Of a stretch of DNA of 64,000 nucleotides, positions 10,354-21,977 are shown piece by piece. Made by a program: the position numbers and the translations under genes. The notes under the pieces were generated by a model. It saw nothing but the letters and a program-made list of their open reading frames with translations, was not told the DNA's origin and ran no database searches. The stretch comes from a virus (Duplodnaviria; Caudoviricetes), in IMG/VR virus record IMGVR_UViG_3300049740_002155. One strand, written 5' to 3'. The number at the start of each line of letters is the position of its first letter. The first letter of the stretch is position 1.

Positions 10354-10944
10354 ATGAAAAAACTACCAGAGTATCTCAAAGAAGAAAAATTTAATCAAAG
10401 AAATCTTCAAACATTATTAACTGAAGGAAACTTGGAAAACAAGATTGACACTTTTAACACTATATCCTTTTCAACTGATGAGATAAATGAAGACTCACAA
10501 CTGGAAGATTTTCTTTTATTAATTCCAACCGAAAAAAGAAGACCAATCCCACCACAGGTTGAGACATATATACCAACACAGGTTACTGATTATGCACAGG
10601 ATGTAGCAACTAATCCGGACGAAGAGGTTAGTGTGATTGATGGTGTGGAGGATATACAACAAGAAATGGAAAATATGCTTACATCTGAACAGGCATTACA
10701 AGCACAAATAGACGAACTAAGCAACAGATTGGATGACGAGATTGGTAATTCTGTTAAATTAAAAGAAGATGCAGCCGAAACATTTACGGCCGCAAAAGAT
10801 ATAATAGTATCACAAAGAATTGCAGCCGGAGAAGGAAGTGCACCAAGTGAATTTTCGGATGTTTTTCCATTTCTACCAAAATCAGCAGAAGAAAGACAAA
10901 ACGAAGGAGTCGATCCATTTCCATTTATGGGTGGATATGAATAG
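10354..10944 (+). CDS. Hypothetical baseplate-region protein
   Basis: 196-aa acidic ORF with a coiled-coil segment, tightly packed in the operon. Confidence 0.7.
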   Translation: MKKLPEYLKEEKFNQRNLQTLLTEGNLENKIDTFNTISFSTDEINEDSQLEDFLLLIPTEKRRPIPPQVETYIPTQVTDYAQDVATNPDEEVSVIDGVEDIQQEMENMLTSEQALQAQIDELSNRLDDEIGNSVKLKEDAAETFTAAKDIIVSQRIAAGEGSAPSEFSDVFPFLPKSAEERQNEGVDPFPFMGGYE

Positions 10945-10955
10945 GAGTAAATACA

Positions 10956-13900
10956 ATGGTGGATTTTATGAAATATATCCAACAGACTCCGTCTGATAAT
11001 AAAAAACTCACACGTGGTTTTAGTGTTAATGAGTCAACCTTATCCATTGGGTTTGAGAATGAACCAACACAATATAACTTTGGTTTGTCTCCAAAAGATT
11101 CAATTGAATTCAGTGTATTTTCATCGGAGGGTATACGTTTGGCTTGGAAAGTTGTTGATGATGAACCAAACTTTGAAGTATTAAACCTTGATTATACAAA
11201 CTTAGATGGAGATAGAATAAGTGGTCAAGCAAGACTATTTACAAGCAACTATCCATCTATTGATGGAAGTGTAGTAGTATCGCCGAGCATTGACGCCAGG
11301 TCGGTTGGAATTGACTCTGGTTACTACTATATGCGTTATTCTTTTTTAAATGATATAGTTGGTTCAAGTGCCAATAAAAGTAAATTGTTAATAAAGGAAA
11401 TATCAAATTCACGAACAGAAATAAAAGTAATTCCAGAGTGCCTAAAAACATCTCTTCGTGCAGAGGATATATCGTTATCTTTTGATTATATAAATTTCAC
11501 CACAAAAAAACTACCGGTTTCTCATTTATATAACTTCACGGATAAACTTCTCAGAGAAGATAAAAATCTATTATCTCAGGAATTTGATACGGAAATGTCA
11601 GAAATTATATCTGATTACGAAGACTCCATTGAGTTAACTCTTGAAATGCTTGGTACAACTACACGAAAGCAAGTCTTCATAGAAATAGACTCTGTCAGAA
11701 AAAGAGTTTTTGAGTTGTATAAGAATACATTAATTTCAGAATATAATGAGGTATACACACGAACAGATTTTTATGTTCAGTATATAAATTGCATTAACTA
11801 TGAAATATCCAAACAAAAACGATTAGCAGATTCAAGTGTTGATCCACGTATAATTGATTTATATAAGTCTGTGTTAGTCACACTATATGATTCAGATTAT
11901 TTAAATAGATTGTTCGTAGATAGATTTGAACTTTACTTCAACAATTATGCTAATTTTGGCCAAGGTGAGTTATTCCCAATACTTGGAACACAACTTGCAA
12001 ATGAAAATATAGGTGATGAAGACAAACACACACCACTCATTATAAAACTATCAGATGCACTTCCTGCGAATATAACGGTTGGGTCTCGATTGTATATTTC
12101 AAACAAACTATATTCAGACGATGTAGTACAGAAAGTAACTTACTTTAAAGAAATTAAGTCAAGTCTTACAAAGTTAAGAGGACCAAATAGAAGTCAGATT
12201 ATCAAGAATAACGGTACTAAAGAATATACAAAGGAAGAACTTGATACCGAGTCGGGGGTAGATGAAATAGATGAATCAACGACAAAGATTTCTACATATT
12301 TCAACAAAAATATAAATACAGGAATTACAAGTTTTGAAGAATTTTCGGACTTTGTAAAGTTCTCTTCGGCAAAAAGACAACTTGATTTGTTTATACAAAG
12401 ATTTTCTAAGATTTCAAAATTAATAAATGTTATATCTTCATATGAATATTCAATCGAGACACTTGCTAAGAAAGTAGAAGATAACTTATTACCAGAAAAA
12501 GAAGCAAGCAGTTCTATTTCAATATTACAAAAACTAGAACTTAAAGAAAAACTAAAAGAACTTGACACAGAATTGTTGTCTCTGTCTGAGTATGAGAGAT
12601 ATTTACTTTATACAGATTCACCAAGAGCATATCCACGAACCGATAATGTCTATGTTAGTGGCATAACTGGAAAAAACCGACTTGCAAATGGTCGGTATGA
12701 AAAATATTCATTTTTTAATGATAAGAACTCTTTTAAGCATTGGTTAGGTGACTGGTATCTTTGGTGGGACGCAACTTCGTTTGAGTGGGTATTATCGGTT
12801 GATCCTTATTCACGAAAAGAAACTTTCTTTTCTTTTAAAAGTGAGTCATACTTTTTTGAAACAGATGTAAGGTGGGGAAATCATCTAGGTTTTGGTGGAG
12901 ACGAATATGTAAAAATATCCAAAGAAACATTAGAATACGGACCCGAAAAGGGAAAACTCGCACCTGAGTATATCCCAGATGACATATCAAAATGGTCAAC
13001 TGCAAGTAGAGGATATGCTTGGTATATAGACATGGCAACTGAGGCTGCTTACTACGACAAAAGCAATGACGATTTCTTGGGTTTAAATATACCTGAATTT
13101 TTAATAAGAGATGACCAAAACGAAGATTTCCTAAAATTATTAAGTGCAGTTGGTACGATTTTTGATGTAATTGACAACTACATCAAGAACATGGGAAATT
13201 CAAGAGAAATACGGAACAATCCTGAAAAAGGAATACCAGATGAACTTGTTTATTATTTTTTAAATTCCTTCGGAATAAATTTCACAGGAAAAAATACAAG
13301 AGGTGATGTAGTATCAAAACTTAAAATAAAAGACAAAGAAAGCACAGAGTATAAACGTAATCAGATATGGAGACGTATTTTAAATAATTTACCTTTAATA
13401 TTAAAAACAAAAGGAACCCGTGAGTCGATTGAGGCACTTATGCGTTGCTATGATATACCAGAGCAATTATTTGTAACACGTGAATACGGTGGTGCGTCAC
13501 TAGAAGACTCTTCATCAAATTTTTCCGAGTTTTCTTTTGACACATACGATTATAGTTTATCTATTGAAAATGAAGATGAATATCTTGAAGTGCCTTGGAA
13601 TCACAATGATTTAAAACCAAAATCAATTGAGTTTAAATTATTTATAAGTTCGGAGTCGCAGATCAACAAAACATCAGCCGATGACGAGACAACAGAAACC
13701 TACGCACGTGAATTTCAAACTATAATTTCAAACGAAAATTGGAAGTTTGGAATTATGAGATTTTCTGACTACGATGAAGGTTGGTGGAGATTTTATATAT
13801 CGTATCAAGTAGACGGTGAGTCGCAGGAAACACATAAACTAATACCAGATTTAGATAAAAATCCACTTGATATAAAACACTCGGATGGATACGATGTACT

Positions 13901-16900
13901 AATTCAGGTATCAAGAGCTTTCCGTCAGTTGAAAAGAAAAACTTTGCGGATCATAATTAAAAGACACAGTGATGGTGAAATTGTATTAACAGAAACTGCT
14001 GATATTATTATTGATGAAAAAATCTTTTTGAATTTCTCAAAGGCAAAGGATATTTACATTGGAAATTATTTAGGTAGTAGTTTCAAGGGGCAGTTTGATC
14101 GTCTGCGTATATATAACGAAGAAATTACAGAAGACGATTTTGAGCAACATATTAAATACGGACAATCTTACAGTTTGAGAACAACGGATAAATCTGTTGA
14201 AGATACCTTGTTACTTAAAACTAATTTTGACCAACCACATGATATTTCTCTTGAAACAAATTATAAGTTTGGTTATGGAATTATACCAAACTCTTCGTTA
14301 AAAGAATCACACCCAAAATATATAAAATGCTACAATTTTAAAAAGACACAATATCCGTTTGAATTTGTCGGTGCATATAAAAAAGAATTTGCAGGATTGC
14401 CAAACTTCGGAGCCCAAGTTTTTAATAATAAAAAGATAAGAAGAGAAGAACTAAGTTTAAATTCAAATTTAAATCCATTTAATAGAGTAACAAATAAATC
14501 CTTGGATCGGGTTGGGGTTGATACAAATAAACTTGGAGTGTTTTTTGGAAAAAGTGTAACACTTAACGAAGAAATAATAAAGTTTTTTGGTAAAATAAAA
14601 CTGGGAGATTACATAGGGAACCCAGAGGACTATAACAAACGGACATATAATGAATTAAAAAAACTAAGAAATCTATTTTTCAAACATGGGTTTGGTAAAG
14701 TTGACTGGAACAATTATATAAACAGTATCAAAGGATATTTTGACGAGTCCTTTTTTGATAACATAGAAAAGATAGTACCTGCGAGAAGTATACTAGTAAG
14801 TGGTCTTTTGGTAGAACCACTGTTGCTTGAAAGACCAAAGGTCAAGGGAACGGACTTAAACACAAATCTTGAATCAAATGTTGATAGATTTAATATTATA
14901 GAATCAACTGAAAAAATAAAACCACTAAAGAATATAAGACTTTCTGCTAAACACACAAACAAGAATATAGTAGAATTTGCAAACGCAAAAGTTTACGGAC
15001 AACGAAAAACAGATGAGAACGCAATATGCTTAAATTCAGATTTTGTGTATAAGAAAATAAAAGGAAAAACACACAAAACCGAGTTGTTTGAGAATATTGA
15101 TTATGGCAATTTACAAAGTGTTGCGTCCAATTTTGGTCATGTGAGTATAGATGGTAGGGATTATCGTGTTGAAAAAGATGAATTTACACTGAGTCATCAC
15201 ACAAGTTTTACAAACGGTCTCGTAGACTATACAATTGCAAATAAAGTAAAAATAACAATAAAAATTACTAATGATAACTCTAATCACTTTTCTTCTGCGG
15301 AGGGCGAGTTCTTCTCTGGTAAAAACCTAAATGGACAACGTCTTTTTGCAAACAATGCAGAGACCTGGTTCATTTACTTTGAACCTTATATTAATCTATG
15401 GGTTCTTGTAAACAAAGACCCACGTACAAGTGCAAATACAAATGAAATAATTTCAGACGGTTCTGTTAAGAGAATTTACTGCACAACACAAGGTACGGAA
15501 TTTCCTACAAATTTCTACATAAACTCCTATACTGATGTAGTAAGAACACTGTCAGGTTCATTTGAGTCGTGGGGTGATATGTTTACAATTTCCGGAGCAA
15601 CCGGAAAATTACCACTTAACACAAATAGGATTTATCGTGCTACATCGTTGGTAAATATATTAAACGATAAATTTATTAATTTATCGGGGGGAATACTCGG
15701 TGTTGTTGATTGTGAAATAAACGGAGTTTTTGACGGAAAGTATAATGAAATTTTAGATGACGGAACACTTGTAATACACAAAAAAGGAAGTTATATATTT
15801 AGAGGACTGAGGCAAAAGATTAAATTTGACGGAACTTTCTCAGGAACTTTAAAAAGAGGATTTGTTGGATCAACTGAAACTCAGTCAGACTTTGTAATTC
15901 GAAGTGGTTATGTAAATGGAAAGAGATACGGTGGATGTTATTTTTCTGATAAAAAATTATATGGAAATATAAACGATGTCATTGAAAATGATTTAAGGTA
16001 TACTGATTTAGATTTAAGTATTTTTGATTCAAATAAGATAAACACCACATCTCAAACATTTAAGAATATTAAATTAGTACCCGTTCCTAATAAAATAGAA
16101 TACAATGTTGACGAGAGTAAATTTGGTGTAAGTAAAAAAGTAAACATAGAAAGAAACTCCACCAACCAAGTATATAATATTGGATCGTTTCGATATAGAA
16201 AAACACTTGGTACATATTCTAACTGCTTTTACCACAGAACCAAGGATGTTTTTGTTCCTGCTTTATTTCACGAATTCGATATAAAATTAAATACTAAGAT
16301 AAAAACGAATCAAATAAGAGAGGTAAAAGTAATTGGTTATACTGATTTGATGGCAGACATTAGAACGCAGGAAAATATATCCTACAAAAGAAAATTTAAA
16401 ACTGAGGTTATTAAAAATGAAACATATACAATTAGTATGTGTTTTGACTTTATATATAAAATGGAAACTAACGATTACAAAGTTAGTCCTATTATCTATT
16501 CCCGTGGTAGAAATCTTGAAAATAATAATTACTATCGAATAACATTTGATGAATATGGTGATACTATAAGAGTAAAAGAAAATTTCTTTGATGAGAGTTG
16601 GGATTCTCTTGACAAAATATATGAAATTGATGATTTTCGATTTTTATTATCAAAAGAAGATATTATGGCTGAGTTTGAAAATACAAATTCTTCACTTTTT
16701 TATGTTGAGATTGATGATAAAAACTCAATTGCATTCTTAGCAAACCACGACTCGGAAGAAACAACGTCAATTGATTTTCACTCACTTGACTTTGTAAAAA
16801 ATGCGACTGAAAAAAATATAAAAGGGGAGATTGAAATATTAAATACACGTGATTTATATAACCAAACTGGTAAAATATACGGTGAACAGGAACAGGGGGT

Positions 16901-19900
16901 GAGTTATGATACACTTGAAATAAAACACAATAGGCATCATCTCATAAGTAATAACATAAAGGTTGGTGATACAATTAGACTTGATGTTTATGGAAAAAAC
17001 AAAACCAAGTATGCGATTCAGACTAACCGAGAACTTACACCTGACGAAGTGGATGACTCCGAAGCAATAATTTATACAGTAGATACCTTAGATTGTCATA
17101 TCACATATGACATCAATGAAAACTTTTTAAGGTATACGGCCGAAACACTTCCATTAAAATATCATTCTTATTTTACACAAGAAAGTCCGTCTAATTACTT
17201 TTTAATAATGCCAAAGTCTGAGTATAATGGATTTGAACTAAGTGGGTATAATGGAAAGTGGAAATCTGCCAATGGGATGTATAAACAGAGTTTTATGCTA
17301 AATGATAAATACACATACACAAACGTACATTCAGAGTGGATTGTATTTTGGAGCAAAGTCACTCCTAATTGTGAAAAAGATGGTGTAAATGGTGCATGGG
17401 TTTTAGCAAAAGAGGAAGAGTCGGGATTCACAGACAGAATTCAAAGTGATTTGGAAACTGACAAAATAAAACTATGGATGTATGGATTTGTTCGTGGAGA
17501 ATTTGCATCTGAAATTGAATACATAACAAGTCCGACAATTAATGTAGATACATTCAGTTCAGACTTTGGTGGAGATGCTGAAGAATTTTTACTTAAACAA
17601 GAAGCATCTGTACTATATACAAAGGACCTGTGTTCGGACGAAGATTATGTAAAAAACAAAATAAAAGATAGCAATCAGAATGTGGATACCTCATTTGTTA
17701 TTATTCCTAATAAAGAAGCATTTAGATTTGCAGAAAAATACGGAAAGAATACATTAAGTGTAAAGGATCAAATACTTGCCTGGAGTTTAAATATTAAGAG
17801 TGTAGAAAGCAAGTTACCCGCACGTGGTTTATACGACAAAGTAAAGCCAATGAAAGAAGTTGATGTACAGGTTGATGTGGAATATAATCAGAACTTTGAT
17901 AGAGTAGTTCCGTACGTAAGGTTGATAGGAGCAGATGTTAGTTCAACTCAATATAGAATGGTAGAAGGTGACTACTATCTTACCACACAAGAAATAAATA
18001 ATTATCCTGTTTATAGAAATCCACATGGATTTTTGATGAAACGAGATAGATATGTTGATGAGGAAACCGGTGATGCAAATTATTTGTGGGTGATCGCACA
18101 AGACGCACAACCACTAACCACTAAAAATGAAGATCTAACCAACAAGAACCGACTTGTTTTTATTTCATATAACGGAACTTGTGCGAGTGATGATTTTAAT
18201 TTTAGAGTTGGTTATGATATGAATCCAAATGTAGATACCACCCGTGACAGAAATGATATGCTGGCAGATGCTTTTAGGGATGCCGTATTACTTGATGATC
18301 AAGAAGTAAATGTTAGGTGGGGATATGACAGAAACGAACAAGCCTGCTCTACCTGTGAGGATATAGCAACACCAGATTTTAAAATTACAGTAAGTCCAGA
18401 TAATTTATATACATCATATGCAGGAAAAAAGAAGTTTATTACAATTTACCAAGGGGAGGTTGATGCAGAAGTTGGTATCAATGAATTAAATCCAAATATA
18501 TCTGCAAAGCAATTCGGTGGATTATATAGTCACGTCACTGGAAGTTATTGTGATTCTGAAATTTGCTATCATCAAGAAAGTGGTGGATCGGTTATGAAGA
18601 AATCACCTGCGGGTTGGATCATAGAACCAACGGTAGTTGGAAGTGGTAACAAGTTTACGACATACATATCAAGCAATCATATAGATGTAAAATCAAAGGG
18701 GTTGATATTTCAACATCCAAAATACGGAATGTATAAGTCAGAAAGTGGGGAGTTGGCATTTATTTATTACGAAAAAAATGAATATTCAGACATCAAAATA
18801 TGCATTGATTCTGATAATGAAAATTTAAGATCAAAATTTTCTAAAACAACTTATGTGCAAAATAATAGAGTTGTGTATCAAAATGAAAATGGTTGGTTGG
18901 TATTCTATAATATAGAAGAAGTTTCGGGTGATGAATATTGGTGCATAAATGATACTTTATCTGATAGAAATGTAAAATACAAAGCAGATATTAGATGGAA
19001 AAATGAACTTAATTTTAAAGAAGGGGACCGTCATTATGATGAGGAGTTTGGTGTCTATTACCAAAAGACTACAAATATAGACTATAATGAAAAAAATGCA
19101 ATTGTAGTAAATATGAAGATTAATCTCGATGAAGAAAATCCAACTAACATATTGAACTTGGATAGATTTGATGTTAATACATTTAGTTATCGTTTAACAT
19201 ACGACTCCACATTTAGACAAGAATCAACCGCATTGGAAATTCTACCAGTGTTATCAAGGGTTGAAAATAAGTATATATCGGAACTACCTGTGTCAATAAA
19301 TTATGATCCTGAAACATTTTATCTGGAGTATCCTAATTTGGTTGATATTCATGTTTTATCTGATGGGTCGTTTGAATATAATGAAACAGGTAATACTAAT
19401 TTAACACTTTCATTAAATTCTTTTGGAACGACTAAAAACTTTGATATGAAGATTGATATTGAAAATACATTTGGTCATGTCAAAGTTGATTCGACCGATA
19501 TGTTCTCTGCGGACTTTAAACGGAACAATACTGATCAAGAAAGAGAGGACGGATATATTGACATAAATAAACTATATGAAAAGTATTATATTGACGAAGT
19601 AAACTATACACTTGAAGTTGGTGTAAAAACGAGAAGAGAACCAATCGTGGTAGAAAAGAATATAAGAAAAATAAATCAACAAAGCAAATTTGAAGAATTA
19701 TTTTTGGATGATTCCGATGAAGATGAACGTGAAATTAAGATTACATTTGATGAAGACCTTAGTTATAAGGTAAATAAAAATTATGCTTTAACTGACATTA
19801 CAAAATTAAAAGTAAACAATGATATTGTATCAAGAAATATTTCAAAAGATCATCTATCATATAAAAGAAGATTTAAAAGAACCACGACACAAAACAATGT

Positions 19901-20222
19901 TTCAACAACTATTTCACAAGAAGGAATACAAGATTTTACATCACCAATAACAAGAACCCGTAGAGTATTTCCAAGAACTGACTTTAATAGTGGTTCGTTT
20001 GATTCATTTTGGTTTATTGATGATATACCTGTTGCTAATCAGACCGATGAGCAAAAACCTGTAATCATTAGAAAGGGTGTGTATGAACTACCAACTGATG
20101 TTCTTGATAAACTTGAATTTTATTATTCATTTAATGATTCGGATGTAGAATTTGTTGAGGCATTTCCAACTCACACTCCGTCACCAACTAAAACAGAAAC
20201 CAAAACACCAACTGATGACTAA
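10956..20222 (+). CDS. Giant (3088 aa) baseplate wedge-like protein (gp7-like) with a LamG domain and repeated small modules
   Basis: IWRRILNNLPLILKTKGTRESIEALMRCYDIP wedge motif, a LamG-like segment (FKGQFDRLRIY), FFDNIEKIVPARS..SGLLVEP..LERPK. Confidence 0.7.
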   Translation: MVDFMKYIQQTPSDNKKLTRGFSVNESTLSIGFENEPTQYNFGLSPKDSIEFSVFSSEGIRLAWKVVDDEPNFEVLNLDYTNLDGDRISGQARLFTSNYPSIDGSVVVSPSIDARSVGIDSGYYYMRYSFLNDIVGSSANKSKLLIKEISNSRTEIKVIPECLKTSLRAEDISLSFDYINFTTKKLPVSHLYNFTDKLLREDKNLLSQEFDTEMSEIISDYEDSIELTLEMLGTTTRKQVFIEIDSVRKRVFELYKNTLISEYNEVYTRTDFYVQYINCINYEISKQKRLADSSVDPRIIDLYKSVLVTLYDSDYLNRLFVDRFELYFNNYANFGQGELFPILGTQLANENIGDEDKHTPLIIKLSDALPANITVGSRLYISNKLYSDDVVQKVTYFKEIKSSLTKLRGPNRSQIIKNNGTKEYTKEELDTESGVDEIDESTTKISTYFNKNINTGITSFEEFSDFVKFSSAKRQLDLFIQRFSKISKLINVISSYEYSIETLAKKVEDNLLPEKEASSSISILQKLELKEKLKELDTELLSLSEYERYLLYTDSPRAYPRTDNVYVSGITGKNRLANGRYEKYSFFNDKNSFKHWLGDWYLWWDATSFEWVLSVDPYSRKETFFSFKSESYFFETDVRWGNHLGFGGDEYVKISKETLEYGPEKGKLAPEYIPDDISKWSTASRGYAWYIDMATEAAYYDKSNDDFLGLNIPEFLIRDDQNEDFLKLLSAVGTIFDVIDNYIKNMGNSREIRNNPEKGIPDELVYYFLNSFGINFTGKNTRGDVVSKLKIKDKESTEYKRNQIWRRILNNLPLILKTKGTRESIEALMRCYDIPEQLFVTREYGGASLEDSSSNFSEFSFDTYDYSLSIENEDEYLEVPWNHNDLKPKSIEFKLFISSESQINKTSADDETTETYAREFQTIISNENWKFGIMRFSDYDEGWWRFYISYQVDGESQETHKLIPDLDKNPLDIKHSDGYDVLIQVSRAFRQLKRKTLRIIIKRHSDGEIVLTETADIIIDEKIFLNFSKAKDIYIGNYLGSSFKGQFDRLRIYNEEITEDDFEQHIKYGQSYSLRTTDKSVEDTLLLKTNFDQPHDISLETNYKFGYGIIPNSSLKESHPKYIKCYNFKKTQYPFEFVGAYKKEFAGLPNFGAQVFNNKKIRREELSLNSNLNPFNRVTNKSLDRVGVDTNKLGVFFGKSVTLNEEIIKFFGKIKLGDYIGNPEDYNKRTYNELKKLRNLFFKHGFGKVDWNNYINSIKGYFDESFFDNIEKIVPARSILVSGLLVEPLLLERPKVKGTDLNTNLESNVDRFNIIESTEKIKPLKNIRLSAKHTNKNIVEFANAKVYGQRKTDENAICLNSDFVYKKIKGKTHKTELFENIDYGNLQSVASNFGHVSIDGRDYRVEKDEFTLSHHTSFTNGLVDYTIANKVKITIKITNDNSNHFSSAEGEFFSGKNLNGQRLFANNAETWFIYFEPYINLWVLVNKDPRTSANTNEIISDGSVKRIYCTTQGTEFPTNFYINSYTDVVRTLSGSFESWGDMFTISGATGKLPLNTNRIYRATSLVNILNDKFINLSGGILGVVDCEINGVFDGKYNEILDDGTLVIHKKGSYIFRGLRQKIKFDGTFSGTLKRGFVGSTETQSDFVIRSGYVNGKRYGGCYFSDKKLYGNINDVIENDLRYTDLDLSIFDSNKINTTSQTFKNIKLVPVPNKIEYNVDESKFGVSKKVNIERNSTNQVYNIGSFRYRKTLGTYSNCFYHRTKDVFVPALFHEFDIKLNTKIKTNQIREVKVIGYTDLMADIRTQENISYKRKFKTEVIKNETYTISMCFDFIYKMETNDYKVSPIIYSRGRNLENNNYYRITFDEYGDTIRVKENFFDESWDSLDKIYEIDDFRFLLSKEDIMAEFENTNSSLFYVEIDDKNSIAFLANHDSEETTSIDFHSLDFVKNATEKNIKGEIEILNTRDLYNQTGKIYGEQEQGVSYDTLEIKHNRHHLISNNIKVGDTIRLDVYGKNKTKYAIQTNRELTPDEVDDSEAIIYTVDTLDCHITYDINENFLRYTAETLPLKYHSYFTQESPSNYFLIMPKSEYNGFELSGYNGKWKSANGMYKQSFMLNDKYTYTNVHSEWIVFWSKVTPNCEKDGVNGAWVLAKEEESGFTDRIQSDLETDKIKLWMYGFVRGEFASEIEYITSPTINVDTFSSDFGGDAEEFLLKQEASVLYTKDLCSDEDYVKNKIKDSNQNVDTSFVIIPNKEAFRFAEKYGKNTLSVKDQILAWSLNIKSVESKLPARGLYDKVKPMKEVDVQVDVEYNQNFDRVVPYVRLIGADVSSTQYRMVEGDYYLTTQEINNYPVYRNPHGFLMKRDRYVDEETGDANYLWVIAQDAQPLTTKNEDLTNKNRLVFISYNGTCASDDFNFRVGYDMNPNVDTTRDRNDMLADAFRDAVLLDDQEVNVRWGYDRNEQACSTCEDIATPDFKITVSPDNLYTSYAGKKKFITIYQGEVDAEVGINELNPNISAKQFGGLYSHVTGSYCDSEICYHQESGGSVMKKSPAGWIIEPTVVGSGNKFTTYISSNHIDVKSKGLIFQHPKYGMYKSESGELAFIYYEKNEYSDIKICIDSDNENLRSKFSKTTYVQNNRVVYQNENGWLVFYNIEEVSGDEYWCINDTLSDRNVKYKADIRWKNELNFKEGDRHYDEEFGVYYQKTTNIDYNEKNAIVVNMKINLDEENPTNILNLDRFDVNTFSYRLTYDSTFRQESTALEILPVLSRVENKYISELPVSINYDPETFYLEYPNLVDIHVLSDGSFEYNETGNTNLTLSLNSFGTTKNFDMKIDIENTFGHVKVDSTDMFSADFKRNNTDQEREDGYIDINKLYEKYYIDEVNYTLEVGVKTRREPIVVEKNIRKINQQSKFEELFLDDSDEDEREIKITFDEDLSYKVNKNYALTDITKLKVNNDIVSRNISKDHLSYKRRFKRTTTQNNVSTTISQEGIQDFTSPITRTRRVFPRTDFNSGSFDSFWFIDDIPVANQTDEQKPVIIRKGVYELPTDVLDKLEFYYSFNDSDVEFVEAFPTHTPSPTKTETKTPTDD

Positions 20223-21216
20223 ATTATATAAAGTAAAAGATATTACCGACAAGGTAAAGGACACAGAGTTGTATGGTCATGTAGCAAATAAACTACAAAA
20301 TGATTTGACTACACGATTTGCTGTGTTGCGTAATTTTAGTGATGAAAAAAATGATACAATTCCCACGGAACGAATGGAAATAAAAAATATTTCATCAGGA
20401 GTTGAATCAGAATTGTTTTACACAAACGAACTTACATTATCGTGTTGGATCTATTTAACCGGGGAATCTGAGGCAAGTTGTGGTGTAATGACCAATGGAG
20501 ATAATACAAACAGATGTGGGTTGTTGATAAACGCAAATGAGGAAACGGGTGACGATTCCGAATCAGGACCGATTGGATACACTTGGGAAAATAAATTAGA
20601 ACAAAACTCAGACGGAGATGGTGTGTGGTCAATACAAGACTTTACATTTGGTATCGGTTTACCAAAACAAAAATGGACTCATTTGGTAATAATGATATAT
20701 CCTTCGGGAAAAGCAAGATTGTTTATTGATAATATTTATCGTGCTTCATTTGACGAGGGGATAGTAAGAGATAAGGTTTCGTTTTCTAAAATTGAACTTG
20801 GAAGATTTAATGGATATGCTGATAATATTATGTGCTTTTCGACTACACTTGATTACGGAAATGTAGATATTGACCAAGAAGCAGTATCAGATTTTGCTAC
20901 ACTTTATTATACAAGCAGAACTGAACCAAAAAAAGCAATAGTGGAGACACCAATTGTACCAAAAAAACAAACTGCTGATAATATACCTTTTTTTTATATG
21001 CAATCTGATGAGTATATAGAGGCCGCAACACTGTACGACGAAAATACACGGAAAAAGATAGAAAGTGGTATGACAAGGAAAGAAGCAATTGATTCACAGA
21101 CGCAAGAAGAACTAATGGTACAAAAATATGCAATTGAGGGTGGGGTTAATGATAAAACTCGGGTTTATGCAGATAATGAGTTCATGACATTTCCCGGAGA
21201 ACTAAAGAAATTGTAA
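20215..21216 (+). CDS. LamG/concanavalin-A-like domain protein
   Basis: LTLSCWIY...KWTHLVI...ARLFID...GRFNGYADNI. The ATG at 20215 overlaps the upstream stop. Confidence 0.75.
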   Translation: MTKLYKVKDITDKVKDTELYGHVANKLQNDLTTRFAVLRNFSDEKNDTIPTERMEIKNISSGVESELFYTNELTLSCWIYLTGESEASCGVMTNGDNTNRCGLLINANEETGDDSESGPIGYTWENKLEQNSDGDGVWSIQDFTFGIGLPKQKWTHLVIMIYPSGKARLFIDNIYRASFDEGIVRDKVSFSKIELGRFNGYADNIMCFSTTLDYGNVDIDQEAVSDFATLYYTSRTEPKKAIVETPIVPKKQTADNIPFFYMQSDEYIEAATLYDENTRKKIESGMTRKEAIDSQTQEELMVQKYAIEGGVNDKTRVYADNEFMTFPGELKKL

Positions 21217-21283
21217 ATTGTGACTTTAATGTAAATAAAAAACCAATATATAAATATTTATTAGAAAGAATATATATATTGTT

Positions 21284-21976
21284 ATGGGTTATTTAAATAA
21301 TGAAACTATTACAGTTGAGGCAACACTCACAAAACGGGGTCGTGCGTTATTAGCATCAGACTCTGGATTAAATATTACAAGTTTTGCATTGGCTGACGAT
21401 GAAATTGACTACAAATTGTATGATCCGAACCATCCAGGTGGTTCTCAGTATTATGATGCAGCTATTAGAAATATGCCAATATTCGAACCACTTTCAGACG
21501 AAACACAGGCATTAAAATATAAATTGGTAACTTTACCAGCAGGTACTCAGTATATTCCATTGATAAAACTTGGTCAACAGAGTATCACACTTGACAAAAA
21601 CTACAACGGAGTTGTTTCAATATCACCAACCACAGATCCTGTATATAACACTACACTTGGATACACGGCAGTATTGTCTGATAAAAGAGTTGGTTCTATA
21701 ACAGGTTCTGGTGTAGACGGAACGGCAGCTGCCTCTTCTGCATTGTTTCTCGGAGATACTTCAAGTGACCAAGCACAAACAGTAGTCGGTTTGACATTTA
21801 CATTTAGACCAAATTCTGCAATCGACAAAGACAGAACTGCAACCTTAACAATAATAGGAAACGAAAGTGGCGGGTCGGTCACGATACCTGTACGAGTTTT
21901 CACAGATGATTTAGCAGAAAGTGGATTGTCAGATTCACTTGGACTCGATTCGTCATCTACAAGTTCAAGTTACTGA
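21284..21976 (+). CDS. Baseplate/tail-fibre attachment protein
   Basis: MGYLNNETITVEATLTKRGRALLA...ITSFALADDEIDY resembles the N-terminus of the tail-collar fibre fold. Late motif at 21254. Confidence 0.6.
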   Translation: MGYLNNETITVEATLTKRGRALLASDSGLNITSFALADDEIDYKLYDPNHPGGSQYYDAAIRNMPIFEPLSDETQALKYKLVTLPAGTQYIPLIKLGQQSITLDKNYNGVVSISPTTDPVYNTTLGYTAVLSDKRVGSITGSGVDGTAAASSALFLGDTSSDQAQTVVGLTFTFRPNSAIDKDRTATLTIIGNESGGSVTIPVRVFTDDLAESGLSDSLGLDSSSTSSSY

Positions 21977-21977
21977 T

